Shown piece after piece: positions 38,692 through 48,249 of a DNA stretch of 64,000 nucleotides. This DNA comes from Candidatus Brocadiia bacterium (GTDB taxonomy: Bacteria; Planctomycetota; Brocadiia; SM23-32): the NCBI GenBank assembly GCA_046538485.1, contig JBKHIT010000002.1, positions 1 through 64,000 on the forward strand, written 5' to 3'. The number at the start of each line of letters is the position of its first letter. Within the stretch, counting starts at the first letter, position 1. The translations under genes were made by a program, and so were the position numbers. The notes beneath the pieces were generated by a model. The model saw only the letters and a program-made list of their open reading frames with translations, had not been told where the DNA came from and did no database searches.

Positions 38692-41010
38692 TCAACTCAA
38701 TGCAAATCTTTTACGCAAAAACCATTCCGCTGACAGACAAGCAAGCAGAATCATGAAAAAACCCGGTGCATTCCAGAGATTTAATTCCTCCTGATGTGTG
38801 ACATTGCGACGTTTTTCTTCGAGGTCGTCCGGGATTTGTGCTGCGTCTTTAAGCTCATAAAATTTTCCGCCGCTTTCCCCGGCCACTGAGCGCATCGCGA
38901 GTTCGTCGACATCCACACGGTCAAATTCGGTTGTCGGCTTTCCCACCACGAAATCAAATTGGGCTTTTCCCAATGGCCCTGCGTCGTCGGAGGCCGACAC
39001 TGTGACCTTGTAGATGCCACCGGCAGGGGGCTGGAAAGTGCTTTGGTACTGACCCATACTAAGAGGTATCGGTTGAAGCGCCACTTCAGCACTGCTTTCG
39101 GTGTATTCTTGGCCTCTTTCGTTTAGTTTTTTTACTTTTACAGGGTATTCGATAGCAGCCGTAACAGTGACGTTTTCAAGGGGCTGCTTGTCATGGCCTC
39201 GCACTCTTGCGTGCAACTGCATTTCCTCCCCGTGTTTATATTGTGTTTTGCCGGGCCAGGCGCGTATATTCTCTTCACCCTCAAATTCTTCCGTTGAGGG
39301 TTGAGACAGCCAGCGGACGGTCTGACGCCAGAAGCGGTAATAGGGTGATTCAAGTCCCCGGGCTTCAACCTGAAATTTCCACTTCCAGGTAGTATCTGCC
39401 ATCAGAGCCAGCACGCGTCCTCCACCGTACTTTCTCGTAGCAATTATGGGCAGAGGTTCGCCCGCAACCCGTTCGGTAGGATGCACCGTAAGGACCTCAG
39501 CTCCGCCAAGAACTCCTGATACCTTATTAGCACCATCGAGCAAAGCTCTCTGAGAGCCCCTTGAAAAGAACTCCTTACAGCCTTCCAGAACGGGGTGATT
39601 GCGTCCAGCTATGGTAAGCTTGGGCAGAAATTTTGCGTTGATATGCCCATCGTCATCACCAATTCGCACGGGCAGCATTTCTGCAACGTGGCTGTCTGCC
39701 CAACCACCAGCTCCAAGCGCATGGTAACCTCCCATTACGCAGAGCCCTCCGCCATCGCCGACGAATTCTTGCAGGTATTCGAGCTGGGTTTCCGAAAATT
39801 CGCGGCGGGAAATGTCGCCCAGAATGATAACGTCAAACTTTTCATAGTCTTTCTTGTGGACGGGAAGCCCCATATTCAATTTTATGCCTGGATCGACTCC
39901 CTGGTGGAAGAAGCGGTCTTTTCGCAATTTAATGACGCTTGTGAACTCAACGTTCGGGTCGCTTTCAAGAACGTGACGCAAAAATTTATATTCCTGTCGA
40001 ACGGTTCCCTCTACCAGGAGCGTGGGGATTTTTGGGTCAATGATGCGGACCGTGAAAGTGCGTTTATTATTTTTCTCAATCGTTTCTCCCTCGAGCACAG
40101 GGAAGGAGAGTTCCAGTTCATAGAGGCCTGTTTTTTCTGGCGTATAGCTAATTTCCACTTCTCTCATGCCATCACTGGCCGGGAAAAGGATGTGTTTTGA
40201 TGCCAGGTTTTCTCCTTTTTGTTTGAGCTCAAGCGGGAGCTTTCTTTCGGCCTCGGTAAAACGACCGAGTCCGTGATTGCTCACACGAATCTGTATCGTG
40301 GCTTTGTTATCCACGATAAATTCAAGGTCGCGCGGGACGCTGGCAATGCCAAGGTCGACGAATTCACCCTGTTCGACCATTTTCCCGCCGGCCAGGAGAG
40401 TGTAAACCGGAACGCCGAGAAAACGCGCAACATCCTGAGGGTTAGCCCCTTTAGTATTGATACCATCGCTCAATAAAATCAGTCCGCTGATCGCACTTTC
40501 GCCGATTCGACTGACTGTTTCTTTGACTGCTTCACCAATGGCTGTGGCTTTATGGGGCTCTTCGGATTCTGGGAGCCCACTTTTTTTGACGAATTGATCG
40601 GGATTTTCAATTTCAGTGACGAAAGATCCGAAAGTGTATGTATGGACCTTTTGTTCTTCCTGAAGTTTCTCAAGTAACTTGTCTTCTCCCAGAGCATCCA
40701 TGGCGGCCTTGAGACGTGTCTTGCCCTCGGCTGCGTCCTTGATGCCCATGCTCTCCGATATGTCGAGCAGCACAAGAGCTACGGTGTTTTCTTTTTCTGT
40801 CCGGCTGTAACGGATCACAGGTTTCAGCAGGAACAGTGCAATTACCAGAACAGCCAGTGATCGGAGCAGCACGAGAAGTTTGAAGACCCGGGGAGGAACA
40901 CGTTCTTTTTTTCTTCGGTAGAATACGTAACAGAGCAGCCCTACAGCAAGAGCCCCCGCGAAGACGATGGTTGCATTCCAGGTGCTCTGGAATGCCAGTT
41001 CCCAGTTCAT
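38692..41010 (-). CDS. Membrane vWA + glutamine amidotransferase-like domain protein
   Basis: MIDAS motif LLDISESM, TAIG, LSDG, FDVIILGD, GGGLCVMGG and C-terminal EWFLRKR. Confidence 0.85.
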   Translation of the reverse strand: MNWELAFQSTWNATIVFAGALAVGLLCYVFYRRKKERVPPRVFKLLVLLRSLAVLVIALFLLKPVIRYSRTEKENTVALVLLDISESMGIKDAAEGKTRLKAAMDALGEDKLLEKLQEEQKVHTYTFGSFVTEIENPDQFVKKSGLPESEEPHKATAIGEAVKETVSRIGESAISGLILLSDGINTKGANPQDVARFLGVPVYTLLAGGKMVEQGEFVDLGIASVPRDLEFIVDNKATIQIRVSNHGLGRFTEAERKLPLELKQKGENLASKHILFPASDGMREVEISYTPEKTGLYELELSFPVLEGETIEKNNKRTFTVRIIDPKIPTLLVEGTVRQEYKFLRHVLESDPNVEFTSVIKLRKDRFFHQGVDPGIKLNMGLPVHKKDYEKFDVIILGDISRREFSETQLEYLQEFVGDGGGLCVMGGYHALGAGGWADSHVAEMLPVRIGDDDGHINAKFLPKLTIAGRNHPVLEGCKEFFSRGSQRALLDGANKVSGVLGGAEVLTVHPTERVAGEPLPIIATRKYGGGRVLALMADTTWKWKFQVEARGLESPYYRFWRQTVRWLSQPSTEEFEGEENIRAWPGKTQYKHGEEMQLHARVRGHDKQPLENVTVTAAIEYPVKVKKLNERGQEYTESSAEVALQPIPLSMGQYQSTFQPPAGGIYKVTVSASDDAGPLGKAQFDFVVGKPTTEFDRVDVDELAMRSVAGESGGKFYELKDAAQIPDDLEEKRRNVTHQEELNLWNAPGFFMILLACLSAEWFLRKRFALS

Positions 41011-41064
41011 CTTATCTCCATGCTCATTAGAGAGAAAAGGCAATCATAGGGCCGCTAAGGTGCA

Positions 41065-43317
41065 TCAAACAGTCTCTTCCGTTTCGGATGCGCCATGCTT
41101 TAAGACCACATTGCCGATGTAACTTGTTGCCAGAGCCAACAAGAGTGCGGCGAGCAGGAAGTAATCCCACAGCGGAAGTCCTTCCCTGGCACGTCGCACG
41201 ATTTGGCCCAATTTTTCTGGATCTTCAACAATCGTAAAATCTTCAAGGTCAATTCGCTTTTGCACTTCAGATACAGGAATCCGGCTTAAGTTGCTTTCTT
41301 TAACCGGCACATTGACAGCGAAAAGTTCCCGGCGAAGGGCTTTACCTACGGCGACTTCTGCTCGATAAATGCCCGGTCGGTTGGTCTGCTTAAAAATCGC
41401 ACTGTGTCCTGCGCGGCCCAATTCGCTCTTGACCGTAATTGGTTCAGGTGTGTGCCCCTCGCGTTTTTGCTCTTCGGTGGGGGGTGGGTAGAAACTCACT
41501 TTTGTTGTTTCTTCTACCTCCGGTATCGGAAGCCGGTATGCCATCCCTACCGGTGTACTGCTTCGCTGAGAACTGGTACGGGCGAGATAATAGATAGTCT
41601 GGTGAAGCAAGGGCAAAAAGAAAGGTTTCAGCGGGATATTGCTCCAGCCCGGAGTACAGGAAATCGTGAACAAAATGACGGAGCCGGAACCAAATTTCCG
41701 TTCTACCATCAGGGGACCGGCGTTCAAAGTGATGAGTTCTGTCCCGGTGGTGCCATGGTCAGGACTTTCCTGCAGGGCGAAGAAACGCTTAATCTGAGCC
41801 CGGTTGAGTTTAATGTCGCGGATAATATCCCGAAGAATCGGATGGCGAGCATTCTGGTTCCATACACTGAAGTAAGCATCTTCCCCTTTTGGTGTCCGCA
41901 CCTGACCCAGATTGGCAGGCAGCAGTTCGAAACTGCGGGCAACGTCTTTTTTTTCTTTAACATCTGGATTTTCCCCGCCTTTATGTGCAACGACCTCAAC
42001 GGTTTCTTCGGCCGCTTTGCCGATAGCCATGTTGTAGGAAGCGGGCTCAACATTATGGCCCAGGAAAATCAATAGGCCTCCACCGTTACGGACATAATTT
42101 GTGAGGCTTTGGGCCATCTGAGGGGTTATGGTGCTGACGTTTGCCAGAACGACAGTCGCGTAATTGCTGAGCCTTTCTGACTGGAGCTCCCGGTCCGTAA
42201 TTACCCGCGGTTCAATTGGGGAGAGTGAAGCATTATTTTTGCTCATGCCCCCGAGCGCAAGACTCAGGTAGAAAGAACCATCCTGATGTGGAATTACGGA
42301 GGGATCGCCGTTGACTATAAGAAGCGGTACTTTGTCGCTGACTTCAACCGTGAAGTAACGCCTGTTATCGGCCGGGAGATCGTCAGGGTCGAGTTCAACG
42401 AATCCGGTGTAGAATCCTTTGCGTTCGAAGGTATGTTCCACGGTGATGTTTTTTGTCTGGCCTGCGTTTGTGCCGACCTCTGTTTCGTGTATTTTATCGT
42501 CATCGATATGCAATGATAAACCTTGAATAATACCCTGGCTCCCGGTATTTTTCACCGTTGCGAAGAGGTTAGAAACGCTGCCTTCAACATTCATTCTTGT
42601 CCCGAAATCAGCCCTCGTAACGGTGAGATTCGTTGGGACAACAACACCGACGTCGACCAGGAAAAGCGGCATGTCTTTAAACTTCTTGTCATCCAAAACG
42701 CGCCTTGTCTGCTGGGTGATACCCTCATCCCAGGCGAGTTTTTGCATGTCTGTTACGATATAGATCTCTTTGCGTCGCGTCTCGCTTTCTTTGAGACCGT
42801 CGAGGGTTCGTTTCAGAGCGGAGCTCAGTGTAGCCTGTGCATAGCCGCATTTCATGCTTTTGAGGCGGGCAAGTTCTTTACCGGGTGCGGTCGGTTTACG
42901 CCGGAGATCTTCGTCACGTGCAGCGAAAGGAACCACCAGGGCTTTATCGCGTCCTGTCAAACCTTTCAGAACAACTTGAGCGGCTTTTTTGCCCCGGGTG
43001 TAGGCGTTTGTTCCTTCGTGAACTGCTCGCATAGAACAAGTGTCGTCCAGTACTATACCAGCAGTTGTAGGCACTTTGCCGCCCTGGGAAAAACCGCTCT
43101 GGAGCATAGGACGATGGAGGGCACCGATGACGGCGGCAAGAAGTAAAATCCTCAGCAACAGCAGGAGAAATTCTTTGAGCCGGTAACGACGATGCACACG
43201 TTGGTCAATTTGCTTCAGGAAATACAGAGTACTGAAAGGCAACGGCTCTGCTTTCCGCTGGTACACCAGATGTATGATTACGGGAATCGCAAGGGATGCC
43301 CACAAAGCGTGTATCAC
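41065..43317 (-). CDS. BatA-domain vWA membrane protein
   Basis: BatA motif AIPVIIHL...FSTLYFL, MIDAS-like LDDTCSM, VTDMQ, DDLPADNRRY and a C-terminal transmembrane helix. Confidence 0.85.
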   Translation of the reverse strand: MIHALWASLAIPVIIHLVYQRKAEPLPFSTLYFLKQIDQRVHRRYRLKEFLLLLLRILLLAAVIGALHRPMLQSGFSQGGKVPTTAGIVLDDTCSMRAVHEGTNAYTRGKKAAQVVLKGLTGRDKALVVPFAARDEDLRRKPTAPGKELARLKSMKCGYAQATLSSALKRTLDGLKESETRRKEIYIVTDMQKLAWDEGITQQTRRVLDDKKFKDMPLFLVDVGVVVPTNLTVTRADFGTRMNVEGSVSNLFATVKNTGSQGIIQGLSLHIDDDKIHETEVGTNAGQTKNITVEHTFERKGFYTGFVELDPDDLPADNRRYFTVEVSDKVPLLIVNGDPSVIPHQDGSFYLSLALGGMSKNNASLSPIEPRVITDRELQSERLSNYATVVLANVSTITPQMAQSLTNYVRNGGGLLIFLGHNVEPASYNMAIGKAAEETVEVVAHKGGENPDVKEKKDVARSFELLPANLGQVRTPKGEDAYFSVWNQNARHPILRDIIRDIKLNRAQIKRFFALQESPDHGTTGTELITLNAGPLMVERKFGSGSVILFTISCTPGWSNIPLKPFFLPLLHQTIYYLARTSSQRSSTPVGMAYRLPIPEVEETTKVSFYPPPTEEQKREGHTPEPITVKSELGRAGHSAIFKQTNRPGIYRAEVAVGKALRRELFAVNVPVKESNLSRIPVSEVQKRIDLEDFTIVEDPEKLGQIVRRAREGLPLWDYFLLAALLLALATSYIGNVVLKHGASETEETV

Positions 43318-44210
43318 AGCTTTTCTCGCTTCACGATGTATTCTTTCAACATATATTCAAAGGGTACTGACGTATTGACCAGCTGGTAATTGACACCGGA
43401 TGCGCGACAATCGCCCCTGTATTTTTCGAGAAATTCATTGAACGCCTCGAGGTACTCGTCCTGCACGACCTCGGGCCGGACCTGCATTCGCTCATCGGTC
43501 TCCAGATCTCGAAACTCTTTCATGCCCCGGAACGGAAAATCGATTTCCGTTTCGTCGAATATATTAAAAACAATCACTTCATGGCGATCGTGGCGAAAGT
43601 GCTGCAGTGCATTCATCACAGCATCCTGGTTATCGATCAGATCACTGAGCACGATTATCAGCCCCCGCTGACTCATATTTGTGGCAATTGCATGGAGGGC
43701 ACCTGCGACCCCTGTTTCTCCTGAGGGTTTCATTTCCTCAAGTCGGTCAAGCAAGAATTTCATATGCGCTGGGCTACTTCTGGCGGGATATCGTTCCCGG
43801 ATGTTCTCTGCGAAGCAGACAAGGCCAACCTGGTCGCGCTGTTGGACCATCAAATAAGTCAGGGCGGCGGCAAGGTAACATGCGTAGTCGAATTTGCTTA
43901 TTCCGTCGCCCTCATAGGCCATGGAGCCGCTGGTATCAACCAGCAGCGTGCAGCGCATATTTGTTTCTTCTTCATATTCTTTGACATACTTCTTGTCGCT
44001 ACGAGCGTAGACCTTCCAGTCAAAATGCTTCAAATCATCACCGGGCATGTATTCACGATAGGCAGCGAATTCGGTGCTGAAACCTTTGAAAGGGCTTTTG
44101 TGAAGGCCGGAAATGTACCCCTCGACGACGGTGCGGGCCAGGAGCTGGAGATTGCCGAGAGTGCTGAGCTTCTCGGGAACGAAATATTTGTTTTTGGGGC
44201 CTCTTCGCAT
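43314..44210 (-). CDS. DUF58 family protein
   Basis: GLHKSPFKGFSTEFAAYREYMPGDD, DWKVYAR and VDTSGSM. Confidence 0.92.
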   Translation of the reverse strand: MRRGPKNKYFVPEKLSTLGNLQLLARTVVEGYISGLHKSPFKGFSTEFAAYREYMPGDDLKHFDWKVYARSDKKYVKEYEEETNMRCTLLVDTSGSMAYEGDGISKFDYACYLAAALTYLMVQQRDQVGLVCFAENIRERYPARSSPAHMKFLLDRLEEMKPSGETGVAGALHAIATNMSQRGLIIVLSDLIDNQDAVMNALQHFRHDRHEVIVFNIFDETEIDFPFRGMKEFRDLETDERMQVRPEVVQDEYLEAFNEFLEKYRGDCRASGVNYQLVNTSVPFEYMLKEYIVKREKL

Positions 44211-44313
44211 GCTACCTCGGTGGCATTCTCGGAAGCAGATCTATGCGCCAGGAACCGGTGCAGGGATCATTATCTTCAGAACTTTTGAATACAGATGAAA
44301 ACAGTGCTGGAAC

Positions 44314-45738
44314 TCAGGATTCCTGTTTTGCCTGTATCTTATCCTTTTTTCGGGCTGCTTTTTTCTTTGATGTGCGAGCCGCATTTCGTCGGCTACCGGA
44401 ACCCTCTTTTTTGCCCTGAGCCCTGCGCGCGTAGGCCTCCTCGTCGGGTTCGGGAATATTTTCAAGCAATTTATCAATGACGTCTTCGACAGTTACATCT
44501 TCGCTGTCGGCGGCAAAATTGGTCATTATCCTGTGGCGCATAATCGGGTGTGCTATGGCTCGTACGTCAGCGCAAGAGACGTTGAAACGTCCTCCGATGA
44601 CAGCATGGGCTTTTGCCCCCAGGATGAGGTATTGAGCCGCTCGGGGCCCGGCACCCCATTCGATCCAATCTTTAATGAATTGAGGGGCATCTTCTGAAGC
44701 CGGACGAGTTGCGCGGACAAGATCGGCGACATATTCCAGAATATGGTCGCTGACAGGAACGCGGCGGACAATGTCCTGAACTTTGAGTATTTCAGAACCT
44801 TCCATGACCTGGCTGGCTTCTGGCATTTCCTGAACTGTGGTGCGGCGCATTATCTCAATTTCTTCGTTTCTTTTGGGGTAGTCCACCATGATCATGAACA
44901 TGAAGCGGTCCAGCTGCGCTTCGGGCAGGGGGTAAGTTCCCTCTTGTTCTATCGGGTTTTGAGTGGCCAGCACGAAGAAGGGTTTTTGTATGTCGTATGT
45001 TTGTCCGGCGGCTGTAACTCTATATTCCTGCATACATTCCAATAAGGCAGCCTGGGTTTTCGGCGGGGTCCGGTTGATTTCGTCGGCGAGTAGAATGTTG
45101 GTGAAGATCGGGCCCGGTTGGAATTTGAATCGCCGCTCCTGAGTTTCAGGGTCAATTTCAAGAATTTCGGTCCCCGTGATATCGCTGGGCATCAGATCAG
45201 GGGTAAATTGAATACGTTTGAAATTCAAATCCATGGTGTCGGCAATGGTACGCACCAGAAGGGTTTTTGCAAGACCCGGCACGCCGACCATTAAGACGTG
45301 CGCGCGGCAGAACATCGCTATGAGAAGTTCTTCTATGACCTGAGATTGCCCCACGATCACTTTTTGAATTTCCTTCACAAGTGTCTGCCGGACAGCCCCC
45401 AGTTTTTCAACAAGTTCGGCATCCTTTTCGCTGCGGTACGGCTTTTTTCTCTTCTCACGAGCGCCGCGCTCTCCCGCTTCTTGTTTGGAGGACTTTTCGC
45501 CGGTTTTTGCCTGGCTGTCTTGGGCTGGACCTTGCTTTTGCGAGGCAGATTTTGGTTGTGCTTTGGGTTGAGGGGACTGGGATTTCTTCCCAGTTTTAGC
45601 TACCTGCGGGGATTGCCCCTCATCTTCATCTTTTTCTTCTTCCTCTGGCTCCTGTGATTTTCTTTGAACTCTTTGTGCTTTTTGTTGCACAGGTTGAGCG
45701 TGTTGCTTTGCCTGTTTTTCGGTTTCATCATTACCCAC
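44314..45738 (-). CDS. moxR: MoxR family AAA+ ATPase
   Basis: GVPGLAKT, RIQFTPDLMPSD, DEINR and ATQNPIEQEGTYPLPEAQLDRF. The likely GTG start at 45738 has GGAGG upstream; the ORF extends to 45810. Confidence 0.93.
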   Translation of the reverse strand: MGNDETEKQAKQHAQPVQQKAQRVQRKSQEPEEEEKDEDEGQSPQVAKTGKKSQSPQPKAQPKSASQKQGPAQDSQAKTGEKSSKQEAGERGAREKRKKPYRSEKDAELVEKLGAVRQTLVKEIQKVIVGQSQVIEELLIAMFCRAHVLMVGVPGLAKTLLVRTIADTMDLNFKRIQFTPDLMPSDITGTEILEIDPETQERRFKFQPGPIFTNILLADEINRTPPKTQAALLECMQEYRVTAAGQTYDIQKPFFVLATQNPIEQEGTYPLPEAQLDRFMFMIMVDYPKRNEEIEIMRRTTVQEMPEASQVMEGSEILKVQDIVRRVPVSDHILEYVADLVRATRPASEDAPQFIKDWIEWGAGPRAAQYLILGAKAHAVIGGRFNVSCADVRAIAHPIMRHRIMTNFAADSEDVTVEDVIDKLLENIPEPDEEAYARRAQGKKEGSGSRRNAARTSKKKAARKKDKIQAKQES

Positions 45739-45844
45739 GAGCGGAAAACCTCCAGCAATAAACGGTTTTAAAGGGATCGGGAAACGGGGGCACCATTTCC
45801 CTTTGTTCACATATAATTAATTGTGAGGCAGCCCAACGAATCAA

Positions 45845-47362
45845 TCAGTGCGTCATAGAATATACAACGACATTGCCCCCCAGATTAAGTGCATCTTTGG
45901 TGGCGATATCCCGGGCAAACGGATGATCAAAACCGCGCCATCCACCGCCTATCCCGTACGGACAATACATAACGGGCGTGCTGGCGCCGATTTGGATGCC
46001 TTCCAGGGGGAGTGCCGGACCTATGTCGCCGGTATTACGAACATATTCATTGTACTGAATCGCATCAACCTCATGAAGAATACTGTAAACCGGGTGACTT
46101 TCACTGAGGCTTTTCAGTTTGTTTCCGGGCAGCACTTTTTTGATTTCGCGGCGGAAAGCTTTGTCGAACTCAGGGGATCCACAGCAAGGACTTGCCAGAA
46201 TGAATCCACCGTTGCGGATATAGCGTTTTAGCGACGCTACCTCAGTTTCGCTCAAAACAAAATCATGGTGTCCTGACATGTACACGAAAGGATAGTTTTG
46301 CAGTTCATTTTTGGCCAGTTCGACCCCTTTATGGTCAAATTTAACCGTCGCACTGCTGTCCTTAGCAACGGTTTTCAGCAGGTTTGCAATGGCGTTGTGT
46401 TGTGTGTTCCAGTTTTCATCGAGTTTTGCCTGGGCAAATACGAAATCACCGCGACTTCTTTTTTGTGTTTCGAAGAACTGTTTTTGGACGGCCTGATACT
46501 GGCCGACCCGGTGAGTTCCAAGCGCGTATGCGACCATATTGATACCGAGCTTTCTGGCATCAGTAGGGTGAACGGCCATCGAGCCTTCTCGAATATGGCC
46601 GTCCCAGCCGCAGCTCAGGTCGTAGCGTGAAAGGATAATCGCAGTGCGGCAGCCAACGTCGACACCGTAAAAAACGGGTTCAGGTGCTTCCGGCACGTCG
46701 TCGCGTGTGTATTTGACTTGCTGCATTTCGTAGAAAGAGTTGAAAAGGGGATGAGAAAGCTTGAGGCGACGGAAATGACGGTTCATCACCTTTTCCATGT
46801 TTTGCACGAAGGATCCGAAAAATTCGGGATCCCCAAAACAGCAGTCGGCCCAGATGATACCGCCGCTCCGGACAAATTCACGAAGATGTTTGATTTGGGC
46901 TTCGTTGAGGCGGAAAGGATCACTGCCGGTGAAATAGAATACAGGGTACTGTGCGGCGTCGGGCGCGAAGCTGGACAGCGGCCCGCGTTTGTAGGCGTAA
47001 CGGACGTTCAGTTGTTTGTGCACTTTGTTGAGCAAAACCGGAACATCACCGGGATCTTTGTTCCAGTCATGGTATTTAACTACCTTGCCGCTGTGCTTGA
47101 CTTCTTTAACGGACCCGAACTGGATTTTGGCGACCAGTGGGGGCGGGGAAGGTTGGCGTTTCCTTTCCGTCCGCCTTTGAGGTGTTGCGGGGAGAGGCAA
47201 AGGCGGTATACCTTCTCCACTTTTTCGCCTTTGCTGATTTGCCGGTTCCGCCGAACCACATGGTCCTTTCGGAATGCCCCGACCTCCGCCTGCCGCTCCG
47301 AGAGCAAAAAGTGGAGCAAAAATAATAACAGCCAAACTCAACATGACTCCGATTTTTTCCAT
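45845..47362 (-). CDS. Tandem DUF4159-domain secreted protein
   Basis: Two repeats of YPxxYxxG...LxxYxxxGG...HP...G.N.V.Y and a signal peptide. Confidence 0.8.
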   Translation of the reverse strand: MEKIGVMLSLAVIIFAPLFALGAAGGGRGIPKGPCGSAEPANQQRRKSGEGIPPLPLPATPQRRTERKRQPSPPPLVAKIQFGSVKEVKHSGKVVKYHDWNKDPGDVPVLLNKVHKQLNVRYAYKRGPLSSFAPDAAQYPVFYFTGSDPFRLNEAQIKHLREFVRSGGIIWADCCFGDPEFFGSFVQNMEKVMNRHFRRLKLSHPLFNSFYEMQQVKYTRDDVPEAPEPVFYGVDVGCRTAIILSRYDLSCGWDGHIREGSMAVHPTDARKLGINMVAYALGTHRVGQYQAVQKQFFETQKRSRGDFVFAQAKLDENWNTQHNAIANLLKTVAKDSSATVKFDHKGVELAKNELQNYPFVYMSGHHDFVLSETEVASLKRYIRNGGFILASPCCGSPEFDKAFRREIKKVLPGNKLKSLSESHPVYSILHEVDAIQYNEYVRNTGDIGPALPLEGIQIGASTPVMYCPYGIGGGWRGFDHPFARDIATKDALNLGGNVVVYSMTH

Positions 47363-47741
47363 CGTTCTTTTCCCATATGCCAATTGAAAATCCCCTGAAA
47401 GATCGCAAAAAGAATATCCTGCTAATTTATTACGCATAAATCATGCCAAATGTCCAATACTATAATATCATCTCAAAACCAGCCGGTCAACTTTTTTCTT
47501 TTTTTTCTTCCGGGTTAATATTCGCATGTTAAGCCCCTTTTCCGGCCGAATTTCCCCCGCGAATGTCGATTATCCCCCCGGGCTTAGTTTTTTCCCGGTT
47601 GATAAACTACTTCTTGCACAGTTCGTCCTGTGCCGGGCCGAGCGGTAATGGGCGCAAAGGTGTTGGAAAATGCAACACCCGGATGCGTTGTGGAGGTTTT
47701 TCCTACATTTGCTGGGGGCTCTGCTTTTCAGAGCAACGGGC

Positions 47742-48182
47742 TCACTTTGAGCGTTGGCGTTCGGCAATACGCGCGATTTCAGCAGCGGAATAGAGCTGAC
47801 CCTTCCCAATGCCCGGGCAACGCTTTTTAAGTCGGTCCCAACTTTTTTGGCTGTGAATTACATGTGGCCAGAACGGGAAAGTCTGGCACTGGACAGGTCT
47901 GACAGAGTAGATGTTGCAGCCTTCGGGTGAATAGAAAACACAGTCGCCGTTGTCATATTCGATAAGACTTATGCGGGAACCGACCTTTCTGCAGTAATTT
48001 TTGAGGAAGTTTTTTTCTGATATTTTCAGCAAACGCGAGATTCGTTTTATTTCTTTTCTGTCGACCCATACAAAACCCGGTTCGCCACGACAACACCGGC
48101 CACATTGCTGGCAGGTGAAGCGCAGCCCTTCGCTGTACCAGGGCGAATTTTCTTGGACGTTTTCGGGGCAGGGGGGTTTCAT
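47742..48182 (-). CDS. YkgJ / CxxCxxCC family cysteine cluster protein
   Basis: CQQCGRCC, CVFY, CNIYSVRPVQCQTFPFWP and CPGIG. Confidence 0.88.
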   Translation of the reverse strand: MKPPCPENVQENSPWYSEGLRFTCQQCGRCCRGEPGFVWVDRKEIKRISRLLKISEKNFLKNYCRKVGSRISLIEYDNGDCVFYSPEGCNIYSVRPVQCQTFPFWPHVIHSQKSWDRLKKRCPGIGKGQLYSAAEIARIAERQRSK

Positions 48183-48249
48183 GTTTAGGGGCGGGGTTCT
48201 GGAACTCAAGGAAAACGCAGTGCAGGCGTACAAATTATCACGGGGTTAT

